In this document: piece after piece, positions 14,163-24,473 of the stretch
How the letters are laid out: every line of letters starts with the position of its first letter
Position numbering within the stretch: position 1 is the stretch's first letter
Sequence record: OY253666.1
Length of the DNA: 32,000 bases
Direction: 5' to 3' (one strand)
Program-made: the position numbers and the translations under genes
The notes under the pieces: model-generated
The model's input: the letters and a program-made list of their open reading frames with translations, nothing else
What the model was told of the DNA's origin: nothing
Database searches by the model: none

Positions 14163-15104
14163 TTAGAAATTCATTTCTGATAATTGAACTTTCTCGTATT
14201 GTTTTTTCTTCAGTACAAGGAAAACCTGCGTTAAAATAACAAAACTAAAGAAAAGTAATAACCCCTGTACGCGAGCTGGGTTTTGAAGTACAATTTCAGT
14301 TTCTGTTTGACCAAAACCACCAACGTTAGGGTTAATTGTTAATGGCTGATCAGCTTGGATTGCTTGACCCGCTTTAACAAGAAGATCAGGACCCGCTGGA
14401 ACCACATCAACAACTTTACCGTTGGCAGCGTCAATTGTGATCTCAAAATCACCCTTTTCTAATGGGTTAATTTGGGCAATTGTGCCGGCCGCTGATGCTG
14501 TATACACAGTATTGTTGCTCTTCGAGCCGTCTGGATAAACTTGACCACGACCACGGTTTCCGCCAAAATAAATCGGGTACTTTAAGTACGATACCGACTT
14601 GTCTTTCGATGGATCTGGTGAAAGGATAGGCACAACCATTGTACTGTATTTTTTACCAGGAACAGGACCAACCACTAAGATGTTTTTCAGATCATCTGAG
14701 TATGATGAATAAAAAAGTTTCCCAACCTTCTCTTTCATTTCTGCAGGAATGCGGCCAGCAGGAGCTAACGTAAACCCTTCAGGAAGCATGACCACGGCAC
14801 CGACGTTTAATCCGCCTTTCTTCCCATTCCCAAGCACTTGCGTAACTTGTTGATCGTATGGGATTTTTAAAACGGCTTCAAACACAGTATCCGGCAATAC
14901 GGATTGCGGCACTTCGATTTCAACGGGCTTCTGCGCAAGGTGGCAGTTTGCACACACTAAACGACCGTTTGCTTCACGTGGAGTTTTATAGTTTTGTTGA
15001 GCAAAAACTGGGTAAGCATTAGCCGGATTTGCCAGTAAAAAACTTAAAACAATTGCGCCCCATAGCGCACCAAGTGAGTTTGCACGTGTCTGACGTTGCA
15101 TCAT
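14163..15104 (-). CDS. petA: Cytochrome f
   Basis: The signal peptide [30 protein letters not shown] is followed by the mature N-terminus YPVFAQQNY and the haem motif CANCH. I take the start at 15104. The 36 upstream codons in the track are rejected. Confidence 0.93.
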   Translation of the reverse strand: MMQRQTRANSLGALWGAIVLSFLLANPANAYPVFAQQNYKTPREANGRLVCANCHLAQKPVEIEVPQSVLPDTVFEAVLKIPYDQQVTQVLGNGKKGGLNVGAVVMLPEGFTLAPAGRIPAEMKEKVGKLFYSSYSDDLKNILVVGPVPGKKYSTMVVPILSPDPSKDKSVSYLKYPIYFGGNRGRGQVYPDGSKSNNTVYTASAAGTIAQINPLEKGDFEITIDAANGKVVDVVPAGPDLLVKAGQAIQADQPLTINPNVGGFGQTETEIVLQNPARVQGLLLFFSFVILTQVFLVLKKKQYEKVQLSEMNF

Positions 15105-15319
15105 AATTTGTACTCTCGTTATGGTTAAAAATTTTCTTCTCACTTGTATAATAACGTAGACGTCTAAAAAGGACAATGGAAAGGCCAAACTTGTACCGTA
15201 GATTAGCAGCACCTATTGAATCAAGCGGAAAATTCATTTACAATTAAAGAAAACGATATTTTTGAAAAACGCAACGACTTGCATTGGCAATCGTCTCTGG
15301 CGAAGAGCTCACACTTTTT

Positions 15320-16384
15320 ATGAGTAACGTAACATCACAGGAAGAACAAACTCGACCCGTATTTCCTTTTACGGCAATCGTAGGTCAAGAGGAAATGAAA
15401 TTAGCTCTCATCTTAAACGTCATCGATCCGAAAATTGGCGGGGTTATGATTATGGGGGACCGGGGAACAGGTAAATCAACAACGGTTCGTGCCTTAGTTG
15501 ATTTATTACCAGAAATTCAGGTTGTAGTTAACGACCCATTCAACTCGGATCCACAAGATCCCGAACTTATGAGTCAAGAGATACGTGACCGCATTCAAGC
15601 CAACGAGACACTCGAGGTTGCGTCACGAAAAATCACCATGGTGGATTTACCACTGGGGGCGACTGAGGATCGTGTCTGCGGAACTATTGATATCGAAAAA
15701 GCATTAACCGAAGGGGTCAAAGCATTTGAACCAGGTCTATTAGCGAAAGCCAACCGAGGCATCCTGTATGTCGACGAGGTGAACCTCTTAGATGACCACC
15801 TGGTTGATGTATTACTTGATTCCGCTGCGTCGGGCTGGAACATGGTGGAGCGTGAAGGGATTTCGATCAGCCACCCAGCACGATTTATCCTTGTCGGCTC
15901 TGGAAACCCGGAGGAGGGGGAGCTTCGACCGCAACTATTAGACCGGTTCGGAATGCACGCACAAATTGGAACTGTCAAAGAACCAAATCTACGTGTCCAG
16001 ATTGTTGAACAACGGTCACAATTTGATGAATCGCCGACTAAATTCCGATCAACCTATATCGTGTCACAACAAGAGCTTGCCGGCCAAATCGCAGCAGCCC
16101 GCGGGCGCCTAAAAGACGTAACAATCAATTACGATTTACGTGTCAAAATCTCACAAATTTGCTCCAAATTAGACGTTGATGGATTACGTGGGGATATCGT
16201 TACAAACCGAGCGAGTATCGCCTTAACGGCATTTGAAGGTCGTACGGAAGTTACAGAACAGGATATTTTCCGCATCATTCCACTATGTTTACGTCACCGT
16301 TTACGTAAAGACCCGCTCGAGAGTATCGATTCTGGGGATAAAGTGCGTGACATTTTCAAACATGTCTTCGGGTATGATGAATAA
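15320..16384 (+). CDS. chlI: Mg-protoporphyrin IX chelatase subunit I
   Basis: ATG at 15320 ([54 protein letters not shown]...), an AAA+ ChlI protein. The track start at 15284 is a TTG. Confidence 0.95.
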   Translation: MSNVTSQEEQTRPVFPFTAIVGQEEMKLALILNVIDPKIGGVMIMGDRGTGKSTTVRALVDLLPEIQVVVNDPFNSDPQDPELMSQEIRDRIQANETLEVASRKITMVDLPLGATEDRVCGTIDIEKALTEGVKAFEPGLLAKANRGILYVDEVNLLDDHLVDVLLDSAASGWNMVEREGISISHPARFILVGSGNPEEGELRPQLLDRFGMHAQIGTVKEPNLRVQIVEQRSQFDESPTKFRSTYIVSQQELAGQIAAARGRLKDVTINYDLRVKISQICSKLDVDGLRGDIVTNRASIALTAFEGRTEVTEQDIFRIIPLCLRHRLRKDPLESIDSGDKVRDIFKHVFGYDE

Positions 16385-16425
16385 TGTAATGTATCGACGT
16401 AACCAGTATGTATTTATGAGATGAC

Positions 16426-16469
16426 ATAAGCCGACTACTTGAGGGAAAACCCTCAAGTAGTCGGCTTAT
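16426..16469. terminator. 20-bp perfect stem-loop between the convergent genes chlI and petD
   Basis: ataagccgactacttgaggg-aaaa-ccctcaagtagtcggcttat. Confidence 0.65.
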
Positions 16470-16482
16470 CTATTATACCGAG

Positions 16483-16965
16483 TTAGAATAACCCGAGCGT
16501 TAACGAGGTATCAATTGGGAGCGTTGCCCCGATTCCAAGATAAATTGCCACCACTGTCCCAACAACAAATACTGTTGAAGCTACCGGACGACGGAATGGG
16601 TTTTGGAATTTGTTAATACTTTCGATAAACGGTACCGTTAATAGACCAGCTGGTACGGCTGCCATTAAAACAACACCTAAAAGCTTGTTTGGTACAGTTC
16701 GTAATAATTGGAATACTGGGAAAAAGTACCATTCTGGTAAAATTTCTAACGGTGTTGCAAACGGGTTTGCTGGCTCACCCATTGCTGCCGGGTCAAGGAC
16801 AGATAGTCCGATGATACCAGCAAATGTTCCTAAAATTACAACTGGGAAGATGTATAATAGATCGTTTGGCCAGGCAGGCTCACCATAGTAGTTGTGGCCC
16901 ATACCCTTTGCTAATTTTGCACGTAATACAGGATCTGAGAGATCTGGTTTTTTCGTTACAGCCAT
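16483..16965 (-). CDS. petD: Cytochrome b6/f complex subunit IV
   Basis: A 160-aa ORF starting [47 protein letters not shown]... It has no intron. Confidence 0.96.
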   Translation of the reverse strand: MAVTKKPDLSDPVLRAKLAKGMGHNYYGEPAWPNDLLYIFPVVILGTFAGIIGLSVLDPAAMGEPANPFATPLEILPEWYFFPVFQLLRTVPNKLLGVVLMAAVPAGLLTVPFIESINKFQNPFRRPVASTVFVVGTVVAIYLGIGATLPIDTSLTLGLF

Positions 16966-17125
16966 ATTGAGCTCCTAAAACAAAATAAAATGTAAAAAAT
17001 TGAACCGGGCTGTTCAATGCTGCTTATCGACTCTGTCGAACGCAACGTCAAATAGCACGGGAAGGTCGGTTCCGTCGCGGTTACCGCGAATCGCGTAAGC
17101 GGAGCGTCATCCACGAAAAGGCGAT

Positions 17126-17773
17126 TTACAGGGGCCCTGAAATTCCTTGTTTACGGATCATTAAAAAGTGCATCAGCATGAAAACGGCTGTTGCTAAAGG
17201 AAGAACAAATGTGTGTAAACTGTAGAAACGTGTTAATGTTGATTGACCAACACCGACACCCCCACGAAGTAACTCGACAAGAGGTTCACCAATTACTGGA
17301 ATGGCATCTGGGACACCTGTTACGATTTTAACCGCCCAGTATCCAACTTGGTCCCATGGTAATGAATATCCTGTTACACCGAACGATACTGTACATACGG
17401 CCATGATAACACCTGTTACCCATGTTAATTCACGTGGTTTTTTAAACCCACCAGTTAAGTATACGCGGAACACGTGTAGAATCATCATTAAGACCATCAT
17501 ACTTGCTGACCAACGGTGAATTGAACGAATAAGCCACCCAAAGTTAACCTGCGTCATAATGTAGTTCACAGATTCAAAGGCTTCCGCAACAGTCGGGCGG
17601 TAGTAGAAAGTCATTGCAAATCCTGTTGCAACTTGTACTAAAAAGCACGTAAATGTAATACCACCAATACAGTAAAAAATGTTTACATGTGGTGGCACGT
17701 ATTTACTTGAAACGTCATCAGCGATCGCTGTTAATTCAAGACGTTCGTCAAACCAGTTGTAAATTTTACCCAT
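17126..17773 (-). CDS. petB: Cytochrome b6
   Basis: A 215-aa ORF starting [58 protein letters not shown]... It has no intron. Confidence 0.97.
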   Translation of the reverse strand: MGKIYNWFDERLELTAIADDVSSKYVPPHVNIFYCIGGITFTCFLVQVATGFAMTFYYRPTVAEAFESVNYIMTQVNFGWLIRSIHRWSASMMVLMMILHVFRVYLTGGFKKPRELTWVTGVIMAVCTVSFGVTGYSLPWDQVGYWAVKIVTGVPDAIPVIGEPLVELLRGGVGVGQSTLTRFYSLHTFVLPLATAVFMLMHFLMIRKQGISGPL

Positions 17774-17856
17774 ATGTGTATGAGTCTCCGTAAATTTTCG
17801 TACACAATTAGTCTAACCTTCACTTAATCGGGAAGCGATTTTTATAAGAAGAGCAC

Positions 17857-17944
17857 CGGAAAGAGAGGGAGTCGAACCCTCGGAGGCCGCAAAGACCTCG
17901 CCGGTTTTCAAAACCGGTGCATTAAACCACTCTGCCACCTTCCC
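17857..17944 (-). tRNA. trnS(UGA): tRNA-Ser (anticodon UGA)
   Basis: GGGAAGGTGGCAGAGTGGTTTAATGCACCGGTTTTGAAAACCGGCGAGGTCTTTGCGGCCTCCGAGGGTTCGACTCCCTCTCTTTCCG, with a long variable arm. Confidence 0.88.
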
Positions 17945-17988
17945 ATTTTCAATTGTACCACATAAAGGGCTATACATGCAACTTTCAC

Positions 17989-18062
17989 AGCGGATGACGC
18001 GATTCGAACGCGCGACAATTTCGATGGCAACGAAAAGCTCTACCGGGCTGAGCTACATCCGC
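17989..18062 (-). tRNA. trnG(GCC): tRNA-Gly (anticodon GCC)
   Basis: GCGGATGTAGCTCAGCCCGGTAGAGCTTTTCGTTGCCATCGAAATTGTCGCGCGTTCGAATCGCGTCATCCGCT. Confidence 0.9.
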
Positions 18063-18289
18063 GAGAATTCATGAAAAGGAAACCACACTGGCGATTTTTT
18101 CCAGAACCATTTTGTATAGTACCCCAAATACAACATAAACGCAATATCCTTTGAGTCTTGGACTGGTAAAACCATGGCCGGGTGGTTAATGACTATTTTG
18201 TGAGGCCGTAAGACTTTGATCGTCTATCCTTGGGCCGGCCGTTCCGGTAACTTAGCCAAAACAGGCCGGATCACGGAACGGCATCTCGC

Positions 18290-18371
18290 TGCCCTCGGGC
18301 GGACTCGAACCGCCACACCTTACGGCATCAGTGCCTAAAACTGACATGTCTACCAATTTCATCACAAGGGC
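18290..18371 (-). tRNA. trnL(UAG): tRNA-Leu (anticodon UAG)
   Basis: GCCCTTGTGATGAAATTGGTAGACATGTCAGTTTTAGGCACTGATGCCGTAAGGTGTGGCGGTTCGAGTCCGCCCGAGGGCA. Confidence 0.9.
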
Positions 18372-18463
18372 TCAACGTACACACTGACAACGCACCGGTG
18401 AACAAAATAAGAGCGGGGTACTGCGTTTAAGCATACAAAAGCCGCTGTGGTGTGTCAAGGCAC

Positions 18464-18510
18464 GCTGCACTGTACGTGAAGTGCCCCTCGCGACTCACGT
18501 ACAGTGCAGC
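18464..18510 (-). terminator. 16-bp stem-loop 3' of psaC
   Basis: gctgcactgtacgtga / tcacgtacagtgcagc with a 15-nt loop. It ends 10 nt from the psaC stop. Confidence 0.6.
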
Positions 18511-18519
18511 ACAGGCCCT

Positions 18520-18771
<252 letters not shown>

Positions 18772-19041
18772 TCACAAGAAACAACAATGTAGTAAGATTC
18801 ACCTGGCAAGCAGGTTGGAGTCACCACGCATTACAGGGTACAAAACTTGCGGCCTAACGTGAATTTTTGCACATACAATTTATATATTTTTAGTATATCA
18901 TATGTGTGAAGGTTAAGGTACGTAGTCCGGCATAATACGCGCATAGAGGGTACACGCCGGACGCGGGCGTATACGTCGTATTGCGAACGCAAACGCAACG
19001 TATACAATCACGGGCATCAGCAAAACTGAAAAGGCACCACA

Positions 19042-19398
19042 TTAACTTCCCACCTTAAACGCATCGACGAAAAAACCAAACAGGGTCCCTAATTTCAGTA
19101 GATTCCACGGGCGCCACGAGAAAAATGGAGTGCGTTCGGTCACGCGGCGCGGTAGTGGTCGGTATGTTTGAAAGCTAATACATTCACACACAACCACAAA
19201 CGCCACAATAATAAAGCCGTCCCACGGAAAAAAGGTCCGCAAAGTGTTTAAAAAAGTCCCAAAAAGGTTCCCTAAAAAGAAGCCACATACGACACAAAAT
19301 AAATGGAAGGGTAAATTTTCGTTGGTGACCTGCAAGCGTGTATTAAATTTCACCCACAGGGAACCGAACGTTGACATAAGTCGAGTTGGTTGAAACAT
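19042..19398 (-). CDS. ycf20: Ycf20-family (DUF565) membrane protein
   Basis: A 118-aa ORF with two hydrophobic segments. It ends ...FFVDAFKVGS, like the FKLGS C-terminus I recall for Ycf20. Confidence 0.7.
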   Translation of the reverse strand: MFQPTRLMSTFGSLWVKFNTRLQVTNENLPFHLFCVVCGFFLGNLFGTFLNTLRTFFPWDGFIIVAFVVVCECISFQTYRPLPRRVTERTPFFSWRPWNLLKLGTLFGFFVDAFKVGS

Positions 19399-19479
19399 AA
19401 ACTACTGGATAGGGAAATACGCAGTGCTCTCGACTTCGCCTTTCGTCGTTGTCAGTACGCCGGGCTTTGAAAATATATT

Positions 19480-19551
19480 TGCCTGCTACTAGAATCGAAC
19501 TAGTGACATTCCGCGTATGAGACGGATGCTCTACCGCTAAGCTAAGCAGGC
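19480..19551 (-). tRNA. trnM(CAU): tRNA-Met, elongator type (anticodon CAU)
   Basis: GCCTGCTTAGCTTAGCGGTAGAGCATCCGTCTCATACGCGGAATGTCACTAGTTCGATTCTAGTAGCAGGCA. The anticodon loop CTCATAC is as in the plastid elongator trnM. Confidence 0.8.
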
Positions 19552-19639
19552 TCAGAGAGGGCGTCTCCCGAATAAAACATAGCGACTTATAAAAGAAAGT
19601 CGCACAATTTACATAAACGTACTCTAAAGGTTTTATGAA

Positions 19640-19689
19640 TTTGTCAAAACAGAGGGTGTTAGTGTACTAACACCCTCTGTTTTGACAAA
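19640..19689 (-). terminator. 24-bp near-perfect palindrome 3' of rbcL
   Basis: tttgtcaaaacagagggtgttagt-gt-actaacaccctctgttttgacaaa, 100 nt beyond the rbcL stop. Confidence 0.65.
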
Positions 19690-19788
19690 GCTTTTTTTGG
19701 AGCTTCAAAAGAAGGGTTAAGGCTTCAAAGAGCACCCAAAACATTCGTCATTTCGTATGTAATACGAGACAAGGAACGGAAAAGAAGA

Positions 19789-21216
19789 TTAAAGAGTATC
19801 GATAGTTTCGAATTCGAATTTAATTTCTTTCCAAACCTCACAAGCAGCAGCAAGTTCAGGAGACCATTTGCAAGCAGCACGAATTACGTCACCACCTTCA
19901 CGAGCTAAGTCACGACCTTCGTTACGAGCTTGAGTACATGCTTCAAGAGCAACACGGTTCGCAGCCGCACCAGGAGCGTTACCCCATGGGTGACCTAATG
20001 TACCACCACCGAATTGAAGACACGCGTCATCACCGAAGATCTCAACTAAAGCTGGCATGTGCCATACGTGGATACCACCAGAAGCAACTGGCATTACACC
20101 TGGAAGAGCAGCCCAGTCTTGAGTAAAGTAAACACCACGTGAACGGTCTTTCTCAACAACGTTGTCACGCATTAAATCTACGAAACCTAATGTTACTTCA
20201 CGTTCACCTTCAAGTTTACCTACTACAGTACCAGAGTGTAAGTGGTCACCACCAGACATACGAAGAGCTTTCGCTAAAACACGGAAGTGGATACCGTGGT
20301 TACGTTGACGGTCAATTACAGCGTGCATCGCACGGTGAATGTGAAGAAGAAGACCATTGTCACGACAGTAGTGAGATAATGATGTGTTTGCTGTGAAACC
20401 ACCAGTAATGTAGTCATGCATAATAATCGGTACACCGAAGTCGCGAGCAGCTTCAGCACGTTTTAACATTTCTTCAGAAGTACCTGAAGTAGCGTTTAAG
20501 TAGTGACCTTTAATCTCACCAGTTTCAGCTTGAGATTTGTAGATAGCCTCAGCTACGAATAAGAAACGGTCTCTCCAACGCATGAATGGTTGTGAAGTAA
20601 CGTTTTCGTCATCTTTTGTGAAGTCAAGACCACCACGTAAACATTCGTAACATGCACGACCGTAGTTTTTAGCTGATAAACCTAATTTAGGTTTGATTGT
20701 ACAACCTAAAAGACCACGACCATATTTGTTTAGTTTGTCACGTTCAACTTGGATACCGTGCGGCGCACCAGCGAAAGTTTTTGCGTATGCTGGCGGGATA
20801 CGTAAATCTTCTAAACGAAGTGCACGTAAAGCTTTGAAACCAAATACGTTACCAACGATTGACGTGAATAATGACGTTACTGAACCTTCTTCAAATAAAT
20901 CAAGAGGGTATGCGACGTACGCGATGTATTGGTTGTCTTCACCTTTAACTGGTTCGATGTCGTAACAACGACCTTTGTAACGGTCTAATGTTGTTAAACC
21001 ATCAGTCCATACAGTTGTCCATGTACCAGTTGATGATTCAGCTGCTACCGCTGCACCACACTCTTCTGGTGGTACACCTGGTTGAGGTGTCATACGGAAT
21101 GCTGCAAGGATGTCAGTGTCTGTTACTTGGTAGTCTGGTGTGTAGTATGTAAGACGGTAGTCTTTTACACCAGCTTTAAACCCAGCACCTGCTTTAGTTT
21201 CTGTTTGTGGAGCCAT
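19789..21216 (-). CDS. rbcL: RuBisCO large subunit (form IB)
   Basis: A 475-aa ORF starting [52 protein letters not shown]... Confidence 0.99.
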   Translation of the reverse strand: MAPQTETKAGAGFKAGVKDYRLTYYTPDYQVTDTDILAAFRMTPQPGVPPEECGAAVAAESSTGTWTTVWTDGLTTLDRYKGRCYDIEPVKGEDNQYIAYVAYPLDLFEEGSVTSLFTSIVGNVFGFKALRALRLEDLRIPPAYAKTFAGAPHGIQVERDKLNKYGRGLLGCTIKPKLGLSAKNYGRACYECLRGGLDFTKDDENVTSQPFMRWRDRFLFVAEAIYKSQAETGEIKGHYLNATSGTSEEMLKRAEAARDFGVPIIMHDYITGGFTANTSLSHYCRDNGLLLHIHRAMHAVIDRQRNHGIHFRVLAKALRMSGGDHLHSGTVVGKLEGEREVTLGFVDLMRDNVVEKDRSRGVYFTQDWAALPGVMPVASGGIHVWHMPALVEIFGDDACLQFGGGTLGHPWGNAPGAAANRVALEACTQARNEGRDLAREGGDVIRAACKWSPELAAACEVWKEIKFEFETIDTL

Positions 21217-21425
21217 TTGTCACATGAGTATTTAAATATTTGACGATCATACAATCTGCCCGGGTCAAAGCGCATGCTTTGAGTGCGAATAATATCCAGT
21301 ACGGATTATTATTCATCAATTATGTATAGTATATATCGGTTTTAAATTAACCTCGAGAACAAAAAATCGACCTACTGTATAACCAGTTTAAAAACCGACC
21401 TGTCACCGAGCAACCATCAACGCGT

Positions 21426-22037
21426 TTATACTTTACGAGAGTAGTACTCAACAATTAATAATTCGTTTAGTGTTAAGCCGACATTTGCACGATCGACAAA
21501 ACGATTTACCGTACCGCGGAAATTCACCGTATCCAAAGTCAAAAATGAGGGAACAGTACGACGAGTTGAGATTGTCTCTAAATTTTGTGTGACTGGGGTA
21601 CATGGTGCTTTTTTTGAGACAATCTCAACTCGATCCGACGGCTTACATTGATAACTTGGGATTGTGGCCTTTTTGTCATTAAGTTGTACGTGACCATGAC
21701 GAACGAGTTGGCGAGCGGCACTCATCGTGGGCGCAAAGCCGAGTCGGAACACAACATTGTCAAGACGCATTTCTAATAATTGAAGCAGAACTTCACCAGT
21801 TGACCCTTTGAGCTTTCGCGCAAACCTTACATACCGAATCAGTTGCGTTTCCGTAATTCCGTAATGAAAACGAATTTTTTGTTTTTCTTGTAAACGCACA
21901 CCATACTGTGAAAGTTTACGGGGCGCCATTCCGTGCTGTCCGGGGCGCGATTGATTCTTTGATGTTTTTGAAGTTAAACCCGGTAATTCGCCAAGACGGC
22001 GAATTACACGTAAACGGGGACCACGATAACGAGACAT
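21426..22037 (-). CDS. rps4: Ribosomal protein S4
   Basis: A 203-aa ORF starting [25 protein letters not shown]... Confidence 0.95.
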   Translation of the reverse strand: MSRYRGPRLRVIRRLGELPGLTSKTSKNQSRPGQHGMAPRKLSQYGVRLQEKQKIRFHYGITETQLIRYVRFARKLKGSTGEVLLQLLEMRLDNVVFRLGFAPTMSAARQLVRHGHVQLNDKKATIPSYQCKPSDRVEIVSKKAPCTPVTQNLETISTRRTVPSFLTLDTVNFRGTVNRFVDRANVGLTLNELLIVEYYSRKV

Positions 22038-22177
22038 AGGGAAATATATAAAAAATATAAGGTAAGAAATGAAGGGTTATACAAACCCTGGCTCGTAACG
22101 TGACTTACAAAAAGAAAACGCACAAGCTTATGGTAATGTATACCATACATTAAAACCTAAGCACAAGAAATCGAAAT

Positions 22178-22250
22178 AGCCTTCTATCGGATTTGAACCG
22201 ATAACGTTTGGTTTACAAAACCAATACTCTACCAATTGAGCTAAGAAGGC
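22178..22250 (-). tRNA. trnT(UGU): tRNA-Thr (anticodon UGU)
   Basis: GCCTTCTTAGCTCAATTGGTAGAGTATTGGTTTTGTAAACCAAACGTTATCGGTTCAAATCCGATAGAAGGCT. Confidence 0.9.
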
Positions 22251-22391
22251 GCATATCTTTATATTTTAAATATACCCGATCAAAGACAGAGATGCAAGTG
22301 GTACCGACAGTGCAAAAAGGCCCTAAGATCCTGCCCGTATCAGCACCTTACGAAGACACCCCGCAAAAACCTCGCCCGAATGTGCCTCAAG

Positions 22392-22413
22392 ATGCTCGAG
22401 GTACCTCGAGCAT
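22392..22413 (-). terminator. Perfect 22-nt palindrome 3' of psaI
   Basis: atgctcgaggtacctcgagcat equals its own reverse complement. It lies 8 nt beyond the psaI stop. Confidence 0.5.
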
Positions 22414-22420
22414 ACAAAAA

Positions 22421-22531
22421 TTAAGCAATTTCTTCTTTTTCAATGTATAAAAATAATGACCCCATTGCAAGAGCCGGGAACACGAGGCCAACTAAAGGAA
22501 CTAAAATCGAAGGAAGATACGCAGCTGCCAT
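22421..22531 (-). CDS. psaI: Photosystem I subunit VIII
   Basis: Hand translation gives [36 protein letters not shown] (36 aa), which matches the PsaI pattern ..YLPSI.VPLVGL.FPA..MA.LF.YIE. Confidence 0.85.
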   Translation of the reverse strand: MAAAYLPSILVPLVGLVFPALAMGSLFLYIEKEEIA

Positions 22532-22891
22532 ATAAAATCTCCTACATGCCGAAGTACATTTACGATTTCACACCAGGTATAAAATCTCAGCCCATATGCA
22601 GACTGTGTGCACTTCATATGTGTGTATATGTTTAGTATACCATGAATCCGTAGATTTAATACAAGCCCTACCCTCGTTTTTGGTCGAAACGACCCAGATA
22701 CCCTCTTAAGGAACCGGTAAAAACACATAAGTACGAACGAGGCGCGCCTAGTGAACGACGCAAATATCGCCGCTACGCCTCGTAAAACGCTCAAGAATGG
22801 GCTTTGTGATAAAATCGCGGAATTCAATTAGGGGCGATAAATGCGCATTATACGAGAATGAGGGCATACTTCACAAGGAAGGTAAAACCAT

Positions 22892-22964
22892 TAGGCCCAG
22901 CCGGGTTCGAACCGACGACGTTCTGTTTGTAAGACAGACACTCTACCAACTGAGTTATAGGCCT
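22892..22964 (-). tRNA. trnV(UAC): tRNA-Val (anticodon UAC), no intron
   Basis: AGGCCTATAACTCAGTTGGTAGAGTGTCTGTCTTACAAACAGAACGTCGTCGGTTCGAACCCGGCTGGGCCTA. Confidence 0.9.
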
Positions 22965-23005
22965 TCCTAAGAAAAATACACTGAGACGAGAACATAGACT
23001 TCTTT

Positions 23006-23079
23006 TGGCGGGAACAGGATTCGAACCTGTGACCTCAAGATTATGAGCCTTGCGAGCTACCAGGCTGCTCTATCCCGCA
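23006..23079 (-). tRNA. trnfM(CAU): Initiator tRNA-fMet (anticodon CAU)
   Basis: TGCGGGATAGAGCAGCCTGGTAGCTCGCAAGGCTCATAATCTTGAGGTCACAGGTTCGAATCCTGTTCCCGCCA. It has a 1:72 mismatch and a D/anticodon arm like the plastid trnfM. Confidence 0.85.
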
Positions 23080-23144
23080 ATGGAGGACTCAACGATGATT
23101 GGTCACTCATAAACACAAAAGAGGCGTGTACCCGAGTTAGTGCG

Positions 23145-23217
23145 TACCCCCAGGGGAATTTGAATCCCCGTTTCTTCCGTGAAAGGGAAATGTCCTAGGC
23201 CTCTAGACGATGGGGGC
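23145..23217 (-). tRNA. trnE(UUC): tRNA-Glu (anticodon UUC)
   Basis: GCCCCCATCGTCTAGAGGCCTAGGACATTTCCCTTTCACGGAAGAAACGGGGATTCAAATTCCCCTGGGGGTA. Confidence 0.9.
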
Positions 23218-23279
23218 TTGTTTTTGTAGATAGTGTATACGATCTCTATACCGATGTCAACGTTTTGTATGACGCTGAG

Positions 23280-23362
23280 TCGCAACTTTTTGTAGGTATT
23301 CCTGATCGCCGCTCGAACAAGTCACGACGGTATATGCACAGAATACCTACAAAAAGTTGCGA
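23280..23362 (-). terminator. 22-bp perfect inverted repeat with a 39-nt loop, 3' of rps14
   Basis: tcgcaactttttgtaggtattc (23280-23301) pairs with gaatacctacaaaaagttgcga (23341-23362). Confidence 0.6.
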
Positions 23363-23377
23363 ATTATGGAAAGACTA

Positions 23378-23680
23378 CTACCAACTTGCTTTGGTAACCC
23401 CTGGCAATAGCCCTTCGTGCGCCATTTCACGTAAAACATGACGTGATAAACCAAAAAGTCTAAAAAAGCCTCGCGGTCTACCCGTTACTAAACACCGATT
23501 ATGTAAGCGAACAGCGGCACTGTCTCGGGGAAGCTCTTGAAGTTTCTTAATAAAACCTGCGCGTTCCTCAAGCGTTGGCGCCTCTTGAATTGCTTTTTTC
23601 AAGTGTTTACGTTTATCCGCATATTTTTGAACTAATACTTGGCGCTTATGCTCACGCGCAATCATACTCTTTTTTGCCAT
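23378..23680 (-). CDS. rps14: Ribosomal protein S14
   Basis: A 100-aa [27 protein letters not shown]...[41 protein letters not shown]. Confidence 0.95.
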   Translation of the reverse strand: MAKKSMIAREHKRQVLVQKYADKRKHLKKAIQEAPTLEERAGFIKKLQELPRDSAAVRLHNRCLVTGRPRGFFRLFGLSRHVLREMAHEGLLPGVTKASW

Positions 23681-23705
23681 AGAATCAAAACAAACGTAGA
23701 ACGTG

Positions 23706-23978
23706 TTAACCTCGAGTCGGGGTCACACTAATAAATGGTAACAGGCCTGCCATGCGCGCATTTTTAATGGCGGCCGCAATGGCGCGATGCTGTTTTGAAT
23801 TCATCCCAGTGACACGCTTTGGAATAATCTTCCCTTCACTGGTGATCAGTTTGCGTAATAACGCAATATTTTTGTAATCAATCGTCCATTGGCTATATTG
23901 TGGAGTAACCTTCTTTTGAATGATAGCAATGGGACGCTTAAATGCTTTCGGTTTACCCCGACGAGGTGAAAATTTCAT
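23706..23978 (-). CDS. rps18: Ribosomal protein S18
   Basis: A 90-aa ORF with [50 protein letters not shown]. Confidence 0.92.
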   Translation of the reverse strand: MKFSPRRGKPKAFKRPIAIIQKKVTPQYSQWTIDYKNIALLRKLITSEGKIIPKRVTGMNSKQHRAIAAAIKNARMAGLLPFISVTPTRG

Positions 23979-23989
23979 ACGACACCAAA

Positions 23990-24346
23990 TTATGATACAT
24001 GGAGACGTGCTTGATCAATTAACTGTTCCAATACAGCCTGGTCGCGAAGCGCAACCTGCGCTAAGATTTTCCGATCAAGCACAATATTTGCCTTTTTTAA
24101 TCCAGCGATAAAGTCGCTGTAATTCAGGCCATAGGTGCGAACTGCCCCATTAATACGCGTGATCCATAAAGCACGGAATTCACGTTTACGATGGTAGCGG
24201 TCACGAGACGCATTCGTCAACGCTTTTATCGCATGCTGATTGGTAGTACGAAAAAGCGTTGACGACGCACCACTGAAGCCTTCCGTTAATTTTAAAATCT
24301 TTTTACGCCGTTTACGGGCGACGTTTCCACGTTTTACTCGAGTCAT
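23990..24346 (-). CDS. rpl20: Ribosomal protein L20
   Basis: A 118-aa ORF starting [50 protein letters not shown]... Confidence 0.95.
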   Translation of the reverse strand: MTRVKRGNVARKRRKKILKLTEGFSGASSTLFRTTNQHAIKALTNASRDRYHRKREFRALWITRINGAVRTYGLNYSDFIAGLKKANIVLDRKILAQVALRDQAVLEQLIDQARLHVS

Positions 24347-24390
24347 AAAAAAGACAGTTAGGTAAAATAAAAAAACCTATGTGCATCAAA

Positions 24391-24443
24391 CTGCGTATAA
24401 CGTCGTCAAAAGCCTAAACGGCTCGACAGGGCGTTATACGCAG
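24391..24443 (-). repeat. 12-bp stem with a 29-nt loop between clpP and rpl20
   Basis: ctgcgtataacg / cgttatacgcag. Confidence 0.45.
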
Positions 24444-24473
24444 CCGAAAACCCCTCCGTGTAAGCACCCCTTT

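Noticed and set aside
13779-14180. A 133-aa plus-strand ORF between trnI and petA
   Set aside because: It begins within trnI(GAU), reads through the 20-bp hairpin and ends inside petA. It has no conserved features.
22501-22827. A 108-aa basic ORF upstream of psaI
   Set aside because: Its 3' end overlaps psaI out of frame. It is arginine/phenylalanine-rich with no recognisable domain, and the region looks like ordinary AT/GC-mixed spacer. I regard it as non-coding.
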